Numbered from the stretch's first letter, positions 25,366-37,478 are shown. The stretch is DNA of 64,000 nt from Octopus sinensis (GCF_006345805.1 NC_043024.1:7874001-7938000), one strand, 5' to 3'. The notes: generated from the sequence alone by a model not told the origin. Program-made: numbers and translations.

Positions 25366-28300
25366 TATATAGATAGATAGATATATAGATATATGTGTGT
25401 CTGTGTTTGTACCCCTAGCATTGCTTGACAACCGATGCTGGTGTGTTTACGTCCCCGTCACTTAGCGGTTCGGCAAAAGAGACCGATAGAATAAGTACTG
25501 GGCTTACAAAGAATAAGTCCCGGGGTCGAGTTGCTCGACTAAAGGCGGTGCTCCACCATGGCCGCAGTCAAATGACTGAAACATGTAAAAGAGTAAAAAG
25601 AGTACAGATAGATAGATAGATAAACCAAGAGCAAGAACTACAATTTAACTTCAATCACTGAACTTATGACCAGCCACGTGCATAGTTCGTAGAATGTTCT
25701 GAGTGGGATAAATTTGGGTTTGGCTTTGAACTCCGGCGCTGTATATATTTATGTCGCCATCACCCACTTACGTTTTAGTTTTGTCTATATATCGGATGTC
25801 ATGTTTCGAAATGACTATTCAGTTTGCATATACTTTTAATGTGTGTGTGTATGTTATAAGAAACGTTTTCCTTTTTACAATGTAGCTTCAAAAAAAAAAA
25901 AATTAAGCTGTTCAATTAATTAAAAGAAATCTGCAATGACATTTAACGAGTGACATTTAAGCACTGACAAAGCATACTCGGAATAACCAAGTCTTATTTT
26001 TGTATTTCCTCAAATTGTCTTAGCATTATCCAATGAAGAAATCATCATCGTTTAAAGTCCGTTTTCCATGCTAGCGTGGGTTGGACGGTTCGACCAGGAT
26101 CCGGGAAGCCAGGAGGCTGCACCAGGCACCTGTGATCTGGTAGTGTTTCTACAGCTGGATGCCCTTCCTAACGCCAGCTGCTCCGTAAGTGTAGTGGGTG
26201 CCTTTTACGTGCCACCGGCACGGGTAACACTACTACAATTTCCATTTGATTTGGGATCGGCACTTCACACATCTCTCCTAATCCATCAGTAAGTACATGA
26301 CCATACCAACGCAAACGTCTCTCCTGCACGCCACATCCGATACTTCTTATGTCCAACATTTCACACTACACATCCAGCGGATCATGCTAGCTTCACTTCT
26401 ATCGAGCCTACGCATGTCCTCCGCAGTCGCGACCCATGTTTCACTGCCGTGAAGCATGGCAGTTCGCACACAAGCGTCGTATAATCTACCTTTCACTCTG
26501 AGCGAGAGACCCTTTGTCGCCAGTAGAGGAAGAAGCTTTCTAAATTTGCCCAGGATATTCTTATTCTAGTGGTAACACTCTCTGAGCATCCACCCCCACT
26601 ATTAACTTGGTCACCTAGGTTGCGGAAGCTATCAACTACTAGTTTCTCCCCCCTGGAGTGTGATGAAATCTTTTCTGTACCTAAAACTAAAAATCACCGA
26701 GTGAACCTATAAAGGAGTCTGACTGTCGCCTCTCTGACCTTCCCAGGGGCAAGATGCTTCTTTATCATGTTGTAGCAACTTTCAACAAATAGTTGAAAAC
26801 ATGTTGCCTCCTATTCTCACCACAGCACATTGGCTTCCTTGGAAATTTTAAAACAAGTTAAAAAAACGGGCTTAAGTAGCGAGAGAAGAGATTGTGCAAA
26901 ATCAATATATTTAGCTACCTCTAAAAACCACTAACATCAAAAGATAACCGTCTCCCCCGACACCTATCAAAATCTGTGAATATACTTCGATAATTTGGTA
27001 ATGGTAGTTAGCTTAAAGGACCAAGCCGAACACGGCTCCAATGTCTTAGAAAATGAAACCACAAATGACAAAGTTATTTGTTAATTCAATAGAATAAGAT
27101 TAAAACTAGTTTCATGTTTTAATATCCAATATAGTTTTATGTAGGATATTCGAAGTGTAAATTAAATTTATTTTTAACCCAAATCTAGGTTTAAAAAATT
27201 TCAAACAAAGGCTTTATTTAAAATAAAAACCTGAAATAGAACGTGTACTTAAGCACACACACACACGCAATCTGAAATCAATATTATCTGAATGCTATCT
27301 TTAAGGTTGATCGAGTAATGTCTGAAGAAGTAAGCCAACATATCTGCCTCGTTCTTCAATTTAGATAACAAGTAGGACACAATGTCACGCCGGATATTTC
27401 TGTCGGCGTGCCTCTTTCGGAGACTGAATATATTTATACGACCCAACGAGGAAAAATCGTTACAGTTAAATATCAATTATCTCCGTTTTGCACCCTGCCA
27501 CCTTTAAAAAATCGAGCCGACATTAGACTGTCTAGTAGTACAACAGTGGTCCCGGTGCGCGCACACACGTACACGCGCATCCGCGCTAGCTAGTCATGAC
27601 TAGTTGATCCTTACTTTGTGTTTTTTTTACTGTTTAAAAAATTATTTACTTTTTTGTGTGTGTTTTATTTACCTTGTTTAACAAAAATTAATGTGTAAAA
27701 TAAATTATTTAATTTGTGTTCTATTTATTTTGCTAGGTAGTCGTTGTAGGATCGACTAGTCACGACTAGCTAGCGCGGATGCGCGACTATGCGAGTGCGC
27801 GCACCGGGACCACTGTTCTCAAGTAGTACCCAACAGTCGCAATGTACTGTCCTCAACTAGTACCCAACAGTCGCTATGTACTGTCTTCAAGTAGTACCCA
27901 ACAGTCGCTATGTAAGACGAATTGAATCAAACACTTTCGCCGGTTTACCATAGCAGCACCGACAAGGAGCTAATATATTAAAAAACCATACTTCCTCAAT
28001 GCTACACGTCTCTTTTACAAGCTACTGCTAAAATTTACAAACATCTATCTACGTCCTACAAAAACAACTCGTCTCTGTGTCGTGTTCAACTGCGCCTTTG
28101 TATATCATAATTCCTCCAACTCCACCACCACAGGCTGATATAGTCTTGAGTCCCCATCACCACCACCACCAACTGATGCAATATAATCTGAACATTTCGA
28201 GGCGAACTTTTGTCTATCATTTCACACACACACACACATACACACACAACAGACATTTCGTTAATTCGACCCCATATCAGGATGAAATATATAATCAGTA

Positions 28301-29976
28301 GATTTTTATACTGACGGACTAACCACTAAACATTCTATATATCGTATATCAGTTGGTGCAAACAAGGTAATAAGTGTAACAAGAAGACAATAGTTTTCCC
28401 CAAGTTAGTTTAATTAACCTTGACCGATATTAAATAGTGCAATGTCTAGATTACTAATGCTAAATAATTATCATCGTCGCTTTTGGAACCACTAAATGTA
28501 CACTCGGATGTACGTAGGCCGTAAAAATAAATAGAAAAACTCGAATGGAAATGAAAATTTTTGACATAATGAAACTGTAGAAAATAATCCAATATGGCTC
28601 CACGTTGCCGAGAAAAACTAGTTGAGAGCGAGCGTGGCGTCTTGAGTGGAGGCGTTGAGTGTGAGTGGAGTGGAGTGAAGGATGTCGGTTTTTCTAATCG
28701 GGAGAAATTCCGCTTAAACTGATTCGATGTACCACAATTTGAGGCAGTATCGAGTAACTACATACATAAATATATATATAGATATGTTATACACACACAT
28801 GCATATAATTTCCAGCTATATATATATATGTATGCTTTACGCAGAGAGAGAGAGAGAGAGAGAGTGAGGGGGGGAGAAGAGAAAATGTAGGATAATGGCG
28901 AAGGGGAGGAGGGAGTAATGGAGTCAAGAAAGGAGGAGGGAGTAATGGAGTCAAGAAAGGAGGAGGAGGAGGAGAAAAGAGGTTCCTTTGTTACTCTCGA
29001 GTTAAACTAGGACAAGCTTCAGTTTACTTCGTAAAATTTCTTTATAAACTACATTTTACACTATTTCTACAAGCAGTATTAAATACAAAATTTACACAAA
29101 CACACACACATTCGTGTGTATACATATTTCATCGAAAATTATTTTGTAAGAAACAAAGTATGAAATATATTCGAGCCAGGCTTTTGTAAACTGTCTGCTT
29201 CCAACAGGCATGACTAATGATTCTGTGAGATACATGTTGGGTCTCTCTCACAATAGTAAAATCTAGAAAAACGAATCTGTTTACTACTACTTACTATTTG
29301 TAGTAGTAACTATGTAACACAGAAACTAGACCCGTGTAACAACGAAAGCTGTGTGTATGTATATACCTACAATAGCTGTCTATTTGATTTAAGACATTTG
29401 AATATCTGAGGTCGGTGATAAAAGGGGGAAAATGGCAGATATGTTTTACATACAATCAGAAGCTTTATTTCATATATCTGCCTGCCTTTTCATAGCACAG
29501 AACTGGGCTAGTCCACATTTTCTCCTTAAACTTGCATTTCATGTGGAGTTGAATTACTTCCACATGTGACAGCTCAAGTTCTGTGGGTTCAACAAGATGA
29601 CGACAGCACATATTTTTTAACACCAATCGGCCAGCAGCCTTTCTTAAAAAGGGTTGCCCAAACCCCATATATTCGCATCTTCTTTATTTTGCTTGTGTGA
29701 ACCAGACATGTAAGCCGATTCGGACAGAAACTGACTCCCCAGCTAAATAAAGTAACCGAATGGTTGGTTCTTCAATGAGCATGTATGAATGAAAGGAAGG
29801 GTTTAATCTCGGCGGGATTCGAAACCGTAATGCAGTGAACCGAAACAACAAAATGCCACAGAACCAACCAACCATCCATCCGATTATCAATTCGCCAACT
29901 TGTGAAACACAAGACACACGCACGCAAGCACGAAATCACACAACCAGAGAATAAAAAGTATATATAAAATATATAT

Positions 29977-30010
<34 letters not shown>

Positions 30011-32019
30011 AACATACAAATAGTAAAAATTTAAGAGGATTAGGCATAAAACTTTATTCAGATGAGAAATCTATGCCAAAATAAATGTCTAACAACTCCT
30101 CCTCTATAATAAATATATATATATATATATACATATATATACATATATATAGTTTGGAGTCGACAATTCAGTCATTGCTACTCAGAATTTCTCGATTTAT
30201 AACCGCAATCATAGTAGCAATGGACTAAGTCCTCCTTGGCTCTCTTCAAACGACATTTTTATTTGAAGCACTGCGGCAGATATAAAATAACATGGCGCAG
30301 TTTTATAAGAGCCAACCAGACCGGTCGTACATGGATGGTATTGAGTTTAAATACCATGTTCTACGTAATGTTTTTTTTTTTAAATAAAGTGGATGGGCAA
30401 GACTGGAACGGCTTTGATTCGAAATTTGTGGATCTAAAACCAAGGTTTTTCTAACATGTGGTACAAGTCCACATATTGATGAGGAGGTGGTGGTGGTTAT
30501 GGTTGGGTATGTCGATTTTAATTAACATCCAGCTTTTTAATTAGCTCTGAAAATTTTCGACAAGGAGGGGATGGAATCAAAGATGGACTTAGGGCAGGAT
30601 CTGAGTGAGGATGCAATGTAGGGTTAGAACTAACACCATATTCGAGTCACTCAAGCTGAAAAAAAATGGGGGGGGGCTAATTCCAAGTCGGTTCTGGTCA
30701 AGTGAACTTGCATTAGCGCCCGATCAATAGTTAATCCAGGCGTGACCATCCTCCATTTCTTTGTCTGTGTCTCTCTCTCTCTCGAACATCCAGTGCAACC
30801 ATCCTGCTTTCAAATTTCAAAAGACAATAACTGTGTGACTAGATTGCTATTTCCTTTGAGTCACCAAAGAGGAAGTATCACGTTGGCACCGGAGGAGGAA
30901 AGCGGAACCAACTGACAAAATCAAAAAAAATCGAAATAGCCCTTGTCAATTAATAATTGGCGGGAGAGAACGAGAAATCCGACATGTGGCCTTAAAACCT
31001 TTTTCGCCTAAAACTATTCAGATCGAACAAAAATTCGTTCAACATCAACACTTTGATAATTCTGAAACATAATTTTTTTTAAATCTATTTCAAACTGTTC
31101 CCATTATTGAGTGAAAAAAAAAAAGATTAGGTAGTATGGTCCCTCGATTTACTAAAACCAGTAGTCGAAATCTTCCTCTCGAGGTTTTCAAAAAAAAATT
31201 GTTTCTAATATTCGCACAAGGCCAGCAATTTTGAGAGAAGATTTAGTCGATAACATCAACCCTAGTATTCAACTGGTATTTACTTTCGATCTCCTTCCTA
31301 AAGAAATGGAAGGTATAGTCAAACAGGGCAGAATTTCAATTCACAACATAAAGGCCGCTTAAAATAATGTAGTCCTTTTTTTAGATAAAGGCCCGCCAGT
31401 AGATGTCTCCACTGAGATTGACCTGAAGCCTAAAACGGTTAAAAAGGTGCCCTCGATTCAAAGGGTCCTTAATTCAAATCCATCTATCACCCACCATATT
31501 TTAACGGCCATGTTGGTTTAATCCCCCAAGACCCAAATTTTTTTTTTTTTTTGTTAATTAGAGCGAATTTCTCTTCTTCCTTAATTGATTTTTACGGCGT
31601 ATAATTAGCACGTTTTAACCTCCACCACACTTACACACATATTAAAGGACTCAATATGAATTTAGGAGCGTAAAAGCGAAGACAACCATCCTTATCTAGA
31701 TGTTAGTTTTTGAATATATTAGGAAACAGGTTATGCTGTCACCCGATCTGTGCTAGAAATAAGTCCAAATTTTCCTAACATTTTTAAATAAGACGGAGAT
31801 TTAATCGTGAAAAGATTTTATATATTTTAACGGAAGAAAGAGGTCAGAATATCAATCGACTTGCCAGAAATAAATCAAATCTTGCTCAAACTTTTTTTCT
31901 TTTCAATAAGAGGGACATTTTATACTGTAGTCCTACATAAAAGCCATGAAAATAAAAGGGATGGTCATGGCCGTAGATGTTTGCTAAATACGAGTTAACC
32001 CAAGGGTAAAATACACGTT

Positions 32020-32051
<32 letters not shown>

Positions 32052-33553
32052 GCGGAAATTCAAAAATCTTTTCACGTTTAAAGGGACTTCTGAATTAGGT
32101 CCCTACACACATACATACATATATGGCATAATTACAATATAGTGCCCCCCACCTCTATCCGATACAGTTTCCTCATGATCTTAGGAGAAACATTCTCTAA
32201 GAGATAGATTATGATTGTGTCGAGAAAAATTTACAAATATTTTCTGGAAGAATTTCTAATCATTCCATCCTACTCCTTTGTTAAGCAAAAATTTGTAATT
32301 TGTATTAACGTCTATGTAATCTACACTCTAGAAAATATTTCTGCAAAATTTCGATGAAAAAAATAATCAGCATTGAAAAGAATTAGGAAACAAAATCAAA
32401 AAGGTTATTATTAACTTCGGATCTTTTTTTTTTCTAAATTTTTACCAACGTGATCAACACTCTTGAGTGAGAAGTATATATCTTTACAAAGTTTTATTGA
32501 AAATTTATGCAATTTTTCAGGAAGCTGAAGAGAATTTTGCGTGGAGACAAACCAGTTTATGACTTATGAGGAATGAAATTTTTCCTTAATATTATCTACA
32601 ACCTTGAGATAATTATATTTCAGGGAATTTTCAATGAAAATAAAATGTCATTTTTCAGGAAATTGCAAATATGTGGGGAAAATTTGTAGGTTCTTAAACT
32701 ATAGCTATGTCATATACCAAAAGTGGGGTAAAAATGACAATTCTTCCTGCATAACAAGTAATCGACACGATCAAAATTATATATTTTTTTAATTTCACTG
32801 GAAACAACATGTATTTTTTTAGTAAATTATGAAAAATTAACGTGGGGCACTCTAATGTCGCAATACCTCTTCTATATGTAACTCGAGGTGGTCAGCAAAA
32901 ATGATAAATTCTAAATTATAATTAATCTAAGTTATTGAAAACATATCTCGGCAAAATTTTCAATGAAATATTTTTGTATTGCTCAGGAAATTATAGGGGG
33001 AGAAGGGAAAAACTGCGTGGGGCCCTAAAGTGTAGTTATGCCTTATATATAACATGGCTACATCCGTAAAGGAAAAAAATGGAATACTCACCAGTCGGAT
33101 AAATCCAAAACCTTTGCTAGCATTAACGTAGACTTCGGAGATCTCTCCATAAGGTTGGAAGAGCTTTCGAAAGTCGTCTTCTGTGATGTCAGGTGTGAGA
33201 TTACCAACGAATAAACGACATCTTCCCGTGAATTTCTTTTCGTCTCTTGTCGACAAGGCCGCCGCACTGGCAGCCGACAGACCGGAGACGTCGCCTTTGC
33301 CTTCCTGGAGGTTTCCACCACCACCACCTTGGCTGTTGTGTTGTTGTTGATGTTGCTGGTGATGTTGGTGGGACTTGCTGCCAGAATGTAAAGATCTTTC
33401 GTTCGACGATTTGCCTTTGTCGTTACTCGAACCCGTGTTGCCGCCACCGCCTCCGCGGGAATTCGGCGACATCATCTCCTGTTTGATGCTATCGGGCTTG
33501 TTCTTGCCCGGGTTGTTGTCGGTTTGTTTGCCCTTATTAAAGCCTCCAGCCAT
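9656..33553 (-). CDS. NONO: DBHS-family RNA-binding protein (NONO/SFPQ/PSPC1; nonA/hrp65-like), 10 coding exons, about 665 aa
   Basis: Spliced join 33553-33092, 17252-16951, 16856-16761, 16669-16473, 16294-16207, 16085-15944, 15366-15241, 15102-14944, 14823-14791, 10048-9656 stays in frame at every junction. It encodes RRM1 ([13 protein letters not shown]...KGFGFIRL), RRM2 ([15 protein letters not shown]...[18 protein letters not shown]), NOPS (PRPVTVEP...[19 protein letters not shown]), a coiled coil, a Gly/Met-rich tail and a terminal basic NLS-like KRMRRY. Symbol is for the family; probably co-orthologous to all three vertebrate genes. Confidence 0.95.
10100..10450. repeat. AT-rich degenerate (TA)n tract
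   Basis: Runs of tatatattatgtaaata-like units. Confidence 0.8.
11504..13032 (+). mobile_element. Decayed Tc1/mariner-superfamily transposon
   Basis: TIRs GGTGTCCCAAAAACTGTATACACAC / GTGTGTATACATTTTTGGTGGGATACC; relic motif [11 protein letters not shown] near 12128-12160. Confidence 0.75.
12360..12829. mobile_element. Head-to-head dimer of a tRNA-headed element with a Penelope-type hammerhead tail
   Basis: Inverted arms meet at GCCAT|ATGGC (12571/12572); A box, B box and anticodon arm; CTGATGA...(G)AAAC core; 12-bp direct repeat ACCAAACAAAAT at 12348-12359 and 12830-12841. Confidence 0.8.
14791..14823 (-). CDS. NONO: DBHS 33-nt microexon 9 ([11 protein letters not shown])
   Basis: ccttttag|GTTAAA...AGAATG|gtaagt; phase 0/0, no stop. 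Confidence 0.7.
14944..15102 (-). CDS. NONO: DBHS coding exon 8 (Gly/Met/Asn-rich)
   Basis: ttttgtag|ATGACT ... TCTATG|gtaaat; 159 nt, open frame. Confidence 0.88.
15241..15366 (-). CDS. NONO: DBHS coding exon 7 (Pro-rich)
   Basis: ctctgtag|GGTGGT ... AATCAG|gtaaat; 126 nt. Confidence 0.88.
15944..16085 (-). CDS. NONO: DBHS coding exon 6 (charged coiled-coil end), GC donor
   Basis: aacag|GCGCC ... AGACAG|gcaagt; gives phase 0 matching exon 7. Confidence 0.85.
16207..16294 (-). CDS. NONO: DBHS coding exon 5 ([14 protein letters not shown])
   Basis: ttcccttaag|ACTTA ... ATGAG|gtaaat; 88 nt; AAG acceptor. Confidence 0.9.
16473..16669 (-). CDS. NONO: DBHS coding exon 4 (NOPS and coiled coil)
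   Basis: acag|GGACAG ... CAAG|gtatgt; encodes [21 protein letters not shown]. Confidence 0.93.
16761..16856 (-). CDS. NONO: DBHS coding exon 3 (NOPS start, [18 protein letters not shown])
   Basis: aatag|TGCTCC ... AAGAA|gtgagt; 96 nt, phase 2/2. Confidence 0.93.
16951..17252 (-). CDS. NONO: DBHS coding exon 2 (end of RRM1, RRM2)
   Basis: ttctgtag|GATTAT ([15 protein letters not shown]) ... TCATC|gtaagt; 302 nt. Confidence 0.95.
18642..18973 (-). mobile_element. Non-autonomous Helitron family 1
   Basis: 5' TC, 3' hairpin CCCGAGCAACGCCGGG then CTAG; inserted at A^T without TSD. Confidence 0.85.
24508..24682. mobile_element. GG-ended MITE with 9-bp TSD (Merlin- or Mutator-like) inserted in a SINE
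   Basis: CACACCAAC|GGTACTACG ... CGTAGTACC|CACACCAAC; other copies of this SINE carry the site only once. Confidence 0.8.
26041..26680 (-). mobile_element. RTE LINE 3' fragment with internal deletion
   Basis: (GAT)n tail, 3' UTR and [13 protein letters not shown] shared with 42394-44629. Confidence 0.85.
27542..27830. mobile_element. Second copy of the same MITE with ~70-bp TIRs
   Basis: AACAGTGGTCCCGGTGCGCGCAC...GCGCATCCGCGCTAGCTAGTC and its reverse complement. Confidence 0.8.
27812..27913. repeat. 3 x 34-bp tandem repeat
   Basis: Unit ACTGT(T/C)CTCAAGTAGTACCCAACAGTCGC(A/T)ATGT. Confidence 0.9.
32138..32852. mobile_element. Possible old DNA transposon with short TIRs
   Basis: AGTGCCCC..AC at the left end and GTGGGGCACT at the right; AT-rich repetitive interior; no clear TSD. 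Confidence 0.3.
33092..33553 (-). CDS. NONO: DBHS coding exon 1 (G/Q/H-rich N-terminus and RRM1 to RNP1)
   Basis: ATG at 33553; donor CTG|GTGAGT; 462 nt, phase 0. Confidence 0.93.
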
Positions 33554-33812
33554 ACCGCCGCTGTTAGCCTGTCTATTCCGTTTGGGAAAAATCGTGAAGC
33601 CTTTGTGGTACCGATTATAAATAAAAGTCCAGGTATATATGTATATATATACCTCTTAGAAAACCTTTTGGGGGGTTTCTGGATGTTCTAAAAAAATACT
33701 AATAAAAATCCTTCTCTTTCTACTGATAAAGAGAACTAGAGAAAGAGAAGAACGTGTCCAAAGTGCGTCCTTCTTGCCCTTCTCTTATTCTCTCTCTAAC
33801 ACACAATTACTC

Positions 33813-33878
33813 AATATGGCGACCCTTCTTCACTGAGAAAATATTTATGTACCACGTGCTCTTCCCCATTCGCGCGAA
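33813..33878 (-). promoter_or_regulatory. Putative core promoter of the DBHS gene
   Basis: Inr-like TCAGT at 33836-33832, YY1-like CGCCATATT just downstream (33813-33821), E-box CACGTG 33853-33858, palindrome TTCGCGCGAA 33869-33878; locally CpG-rich. Confidence 0.5.
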
Positions 33879-34138
33879 CTCCCGTCTAAATCTCGCACTC
33901 GACTAACATGGATCGTTTTCCGTTTTTTTTTTTTTTGTTCTTTCTTTTTATTATAAAAATTATTAAAAATAAAGGCAATGAATTAAAATCGAAAATATAA
34001 ATTGATTGTCGTTGTTTTATTTTTTCGGGTTCGTTATTTTTCAGTCAATTTCGTTCGTGTGAAATAATTTGGAAATGCTGAAGCTTCGCAAGTTTTTTTT
34101 AACTTGTCGGCTGCAAAAACGAGATAACCAATTTTCGA

Positions 34139-34161
34139 ACATGGCGCTCCTTCTGACGTCA
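34139..34161. promoter_or_regulatory. YY1-like ACATGGCG plus full CRE TGACGTCA
   Basis: Exact motifs in a CpG-containing patch about 300 nt upstream of the putative TSS. Confidence 0.4.
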
Positions 34162-34210
34162 CGAGCCACATACAATTATATACATATACACATTTATATA
34201 CATACATACA

Positions 34211-34244
<34 letters not shown>

Positions 34245-34422
34245 GCAAAAATACAAAGTCTGAAATATAATAAATATATCATACATACATGTATATATAT
34301 GTGTGTGTTAGAAGTATTGGGGATGATGTACAGATTTAATACATTTGAAAGAAAAATGGGTGTTCAGAATGCTGGATGCTTGTAAAAATATATATTTATT
34401 TACATATCACATATTATTTCTT

Positions 34423-34465
34423 CATATTAGCGCTTTCAACTACTCCTGTAGTTTCATCAGAAATG
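34423..34465 (-). ncRNA. Minimal type I hammerhead ribozyme motif
   Basis: CATTT-CTGATGA-AACTAC-AGGA-GTAGTT-GAAAGCGCT-A-ATATG. Confidence 0.55.
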
Positions 34466-35031
34466 TATTAATAAATAGTATATATATATAGTAATTGTGC
34501 CTATGAATTTATAGCTTGTATTCTTATTTTCTTTAATATTCAGTTCAACAACACCTTACTAGTTTCTGATCAATTTGATGTCAATAAAATATATTGAACA
34601 CCACTTCTTGCCCAAATTCTATTCACTTTTTTTAAAGATTTTTATTAACATTCAGTCCGACTTTTCAACCGTCTGCTTTTATGAAAAGAACGTCGCAGTG
34701 ATAAAAGTGGAAGTGCGACAATTCGGTTCAAATACAAGACGATGTAATAAAGAAATATATGGTGAAAAGAAAATTGTTGCAAATTTATAAGATGTTTCTA
34801 AGGAAGTCATAAGTGTTTTGTTGAATTGAAAGAGCAAAAAAAGTCGCCGGAAAAGTTTAATCACTAATTAAATGAGGGGAAGGGGTGCTTTATATTTTAT
34901 TTAAGGTATTAAAAATGTAATGTTTTATTACATACTGTAATGCCATGTACATGCATATATATATATACACACACATCTATATGTATGTGTGTATATATAT
35001 ATATTCACAGACGTATATATATGTATGTATG

Positions 35032-35062
<31 letters not shown>

Positions 35063-36933
35063 TATATATATATAATATATATATATATATACATACACAT
35101 GCGTGTGTATATACACATTATATGTAAATACATGTTATATGTTTTACGTTATTCAGGTGAAACATGGTTACATGTTGTGTACATGTTTATTGTCTGATAA
35201 ACAACTTCAGAATATTGTTTAATCTCTTACTTATTATTTACATATTTTGAAATTAAATGCGACATTTTCGTTGGCAAAATCGTGACTTTATCAGTTTAAT
35301 TAAACGTTAATAAACGAAATTAAATATTACATGACGTATGAAACTCGTTTGTTTAATTAATATTTCATTTCATCGTCACGAAGGGAATATTTATTCCATT
35401 ATAAAGGAAATATTTTTGCTTGGAATCAACACATTTTTTTTTACAATATAACTAATTGTAGCCTAACATTGTTAACATTCTTTTATTAACATGTTTTGTT
35501 AAATTATATACGTCGTTATATGTAACAGAACTTAAAACAATACACGAGAGAAAAGAATTTATTGTTTTATTTCAATTTTTATTACATGATAGGACAAAAC
35601 ATTTCTGTACTTCTCATTTAATGATGGGTTAACTATAAATAAAAATAAATTCATTTGAAGATAGTTTCTGTAGAAGCTACAAGTTTAATTTAATATTATA
35701 AAAAAAACGTTTCAATATTTAAAATAAAAATTATTCGAAACTTCCAAGAGGAAATGTTTAAAAGTTCAATGGTTGCTTCCTCTTCCATTAATAATCTCCC
35801 TTTTCCTTCTCTATTAACATGTGTTTCTTTCGACATTATTACATTTTTCTGAATATTATTCTCCATAAATATATTATTTCCGAATAATAAAACAAAAGAC
35901 TAATACTGTTTTTGGAAAATTTTCTGATTTTCCTTCAAATATTTTTTATTTCAGTGGCACATTTCTCTTCTTCAGATTTTTTTTCTCTGATGTTTCGACC
36001 ACAGCAGATAAATTTCGTTTAATCTCCCTTCTCATTTCTAATTAACATGTGTTTCCTGCATTTACTACAAAGCTGAATGCGGTACATGTATTCGCTCTTA
36101 AGTTCTGGATTCAAAAAACCCACCGAATTCTACTTTACCATTTATCAATCGGGAGTTCATAAAGTACAAATCGAGTACTAAAATAAAATTTTCTCAAATA
36201 AGAGACCATTAATAATATATCTGAATAATAGTCACTATCGAATTATTACTTTCGAATAATGAAAACTTCATGTAGAGTTAGAAAAATTCTCCAAATTTTC
36301 TTGAATTATTTTTGCTTTCAGTAGCATGCTACCTTCTTTCTTTAGATTTCTTTTTCTCTGCTGTTTCAACTATATAAGATATCGACACGCTTAGTTTGAA
36401 GGCATTTTACACATTGTGGAGTAAACCGAAGAGAGAAATATTAGATTAATTCTAATAAGAATAGACATAAATTTATTAGACAATACATTCTTTCACATAC
36501 AAGTGCAACAGCTAAACTTTGTGTGAACTAATGTGTCGGAGAATCGAGATTTTGACCACTCTTTTCATTTCCACTATATTTTTTGCGTTACTTATCTGAA
36601 AAATAAAGTCACCGTAAAATATATATATATCACTTTCTAATAATGGTTTCAAATTTTGACAAAAGGCCAGAAATTTTAGGGGTGGGATTAAGTCAATTAC
36701 ATCACACCAGCATTCAACTGGTACTTATTTTATTGGCCCCGAAAGAATGAAAGGGAAAGTCGACCTCGGCGGAATTTGAACTCAGAACATAAAGACGGAC
36801 AAAACACCGTTAAGCATTTTGACCAACATGAAGCAGAATAATAAGTAACATATCTTTTATCTTTCATTTATTTCAGTCTGGGGACTGCAACCAATCTGAG
36901 ACACACATTGAACGGTTTAGAGTCGAACAAATG

Positions 36934-37043
36934 GGCGAAGGTAAAGAATACGCACACCCGGTGTTTAGGGTTACGAGTAGGGTTAGAGTTTAGGGTTAGG
37001 GTTACGCCGAAAACGGGTGGTGTTCGTATTCTTTACCTCCGCC
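36934..37043. mobile_element. 110-bp GG-ended MITE with a TTAGGG-like interior
   Basis: TIR GGCGAAGGTAAAGAATACG / CGTATTCTTTACCTCCGCC; flanks AACAAATG / GACAAATC. Confidence 0.75.
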
Positions 37044-37073
37044 GACAAATCCACCATAGTACTTAATTTTTTG

Positions 37074-37478
37074 AGATCTTTTCGGTTTGAACGGCAGTTT
37101 TTTTTAATAATTTCCACGTAACTAAACATTTTAAAACTTCGTATACTGGTAGAATGTGTTTATAAAACATCTTTTTCTCTTGGCTTTATTGAGAAAATTC
37201 TATAGTTTGTAAGATATTTGTTGGGTTTTTTCTGCAATTTCAACCAATCAATGACGTCTGTTGAGGTAAAAAAAACATTCTGTGCCGTATGAATATGTCC
37301 CTCGTTTAAGAAACAGATTGGGTTTATTTACATTTCTGAGGAAAAAAAGATACCCTTACCCCAAACCCTAACCCTAAAACAAATTGAAATGCAATAGATC
37401 GATACTAGGGTCATAATTATGGGTGACAATTTCATCTGACACCGCTAGAAAAAACTGCCATTCAAACCGAAAAGATCC
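37074..37478 (+). mobile_element. ~410-bp GGATCT-ended MITE
   Basis: ~29-bp TIR GATCTTTTCGGTTTGAACGGCAGTTTTT; internal CCCTAA repeats. Confidence 0.85.

Noticed and set aside
27812-27913. CRISPR-like 34-bp repeats
   Set aside because: No spacers; eukaryotic context; derived from a MITE junction
32960-33091. C-terminal part of the 197-aa ORF (VSIPFF...)
   Set aside because: Read-through into intron 1 past the GTGAGT donor
34928-35127. Tyr/Ile-rich ORFs (also near 29772, 46740, 48821, 58657)
   Set aside because: Translations of (TA)n, (ATT)n and (GATA)n microsatellites
36970-37005. Telomere or chromosome-fusion remnant
   Set aside because: Short, degenerate and enclosed by MITE TIRs
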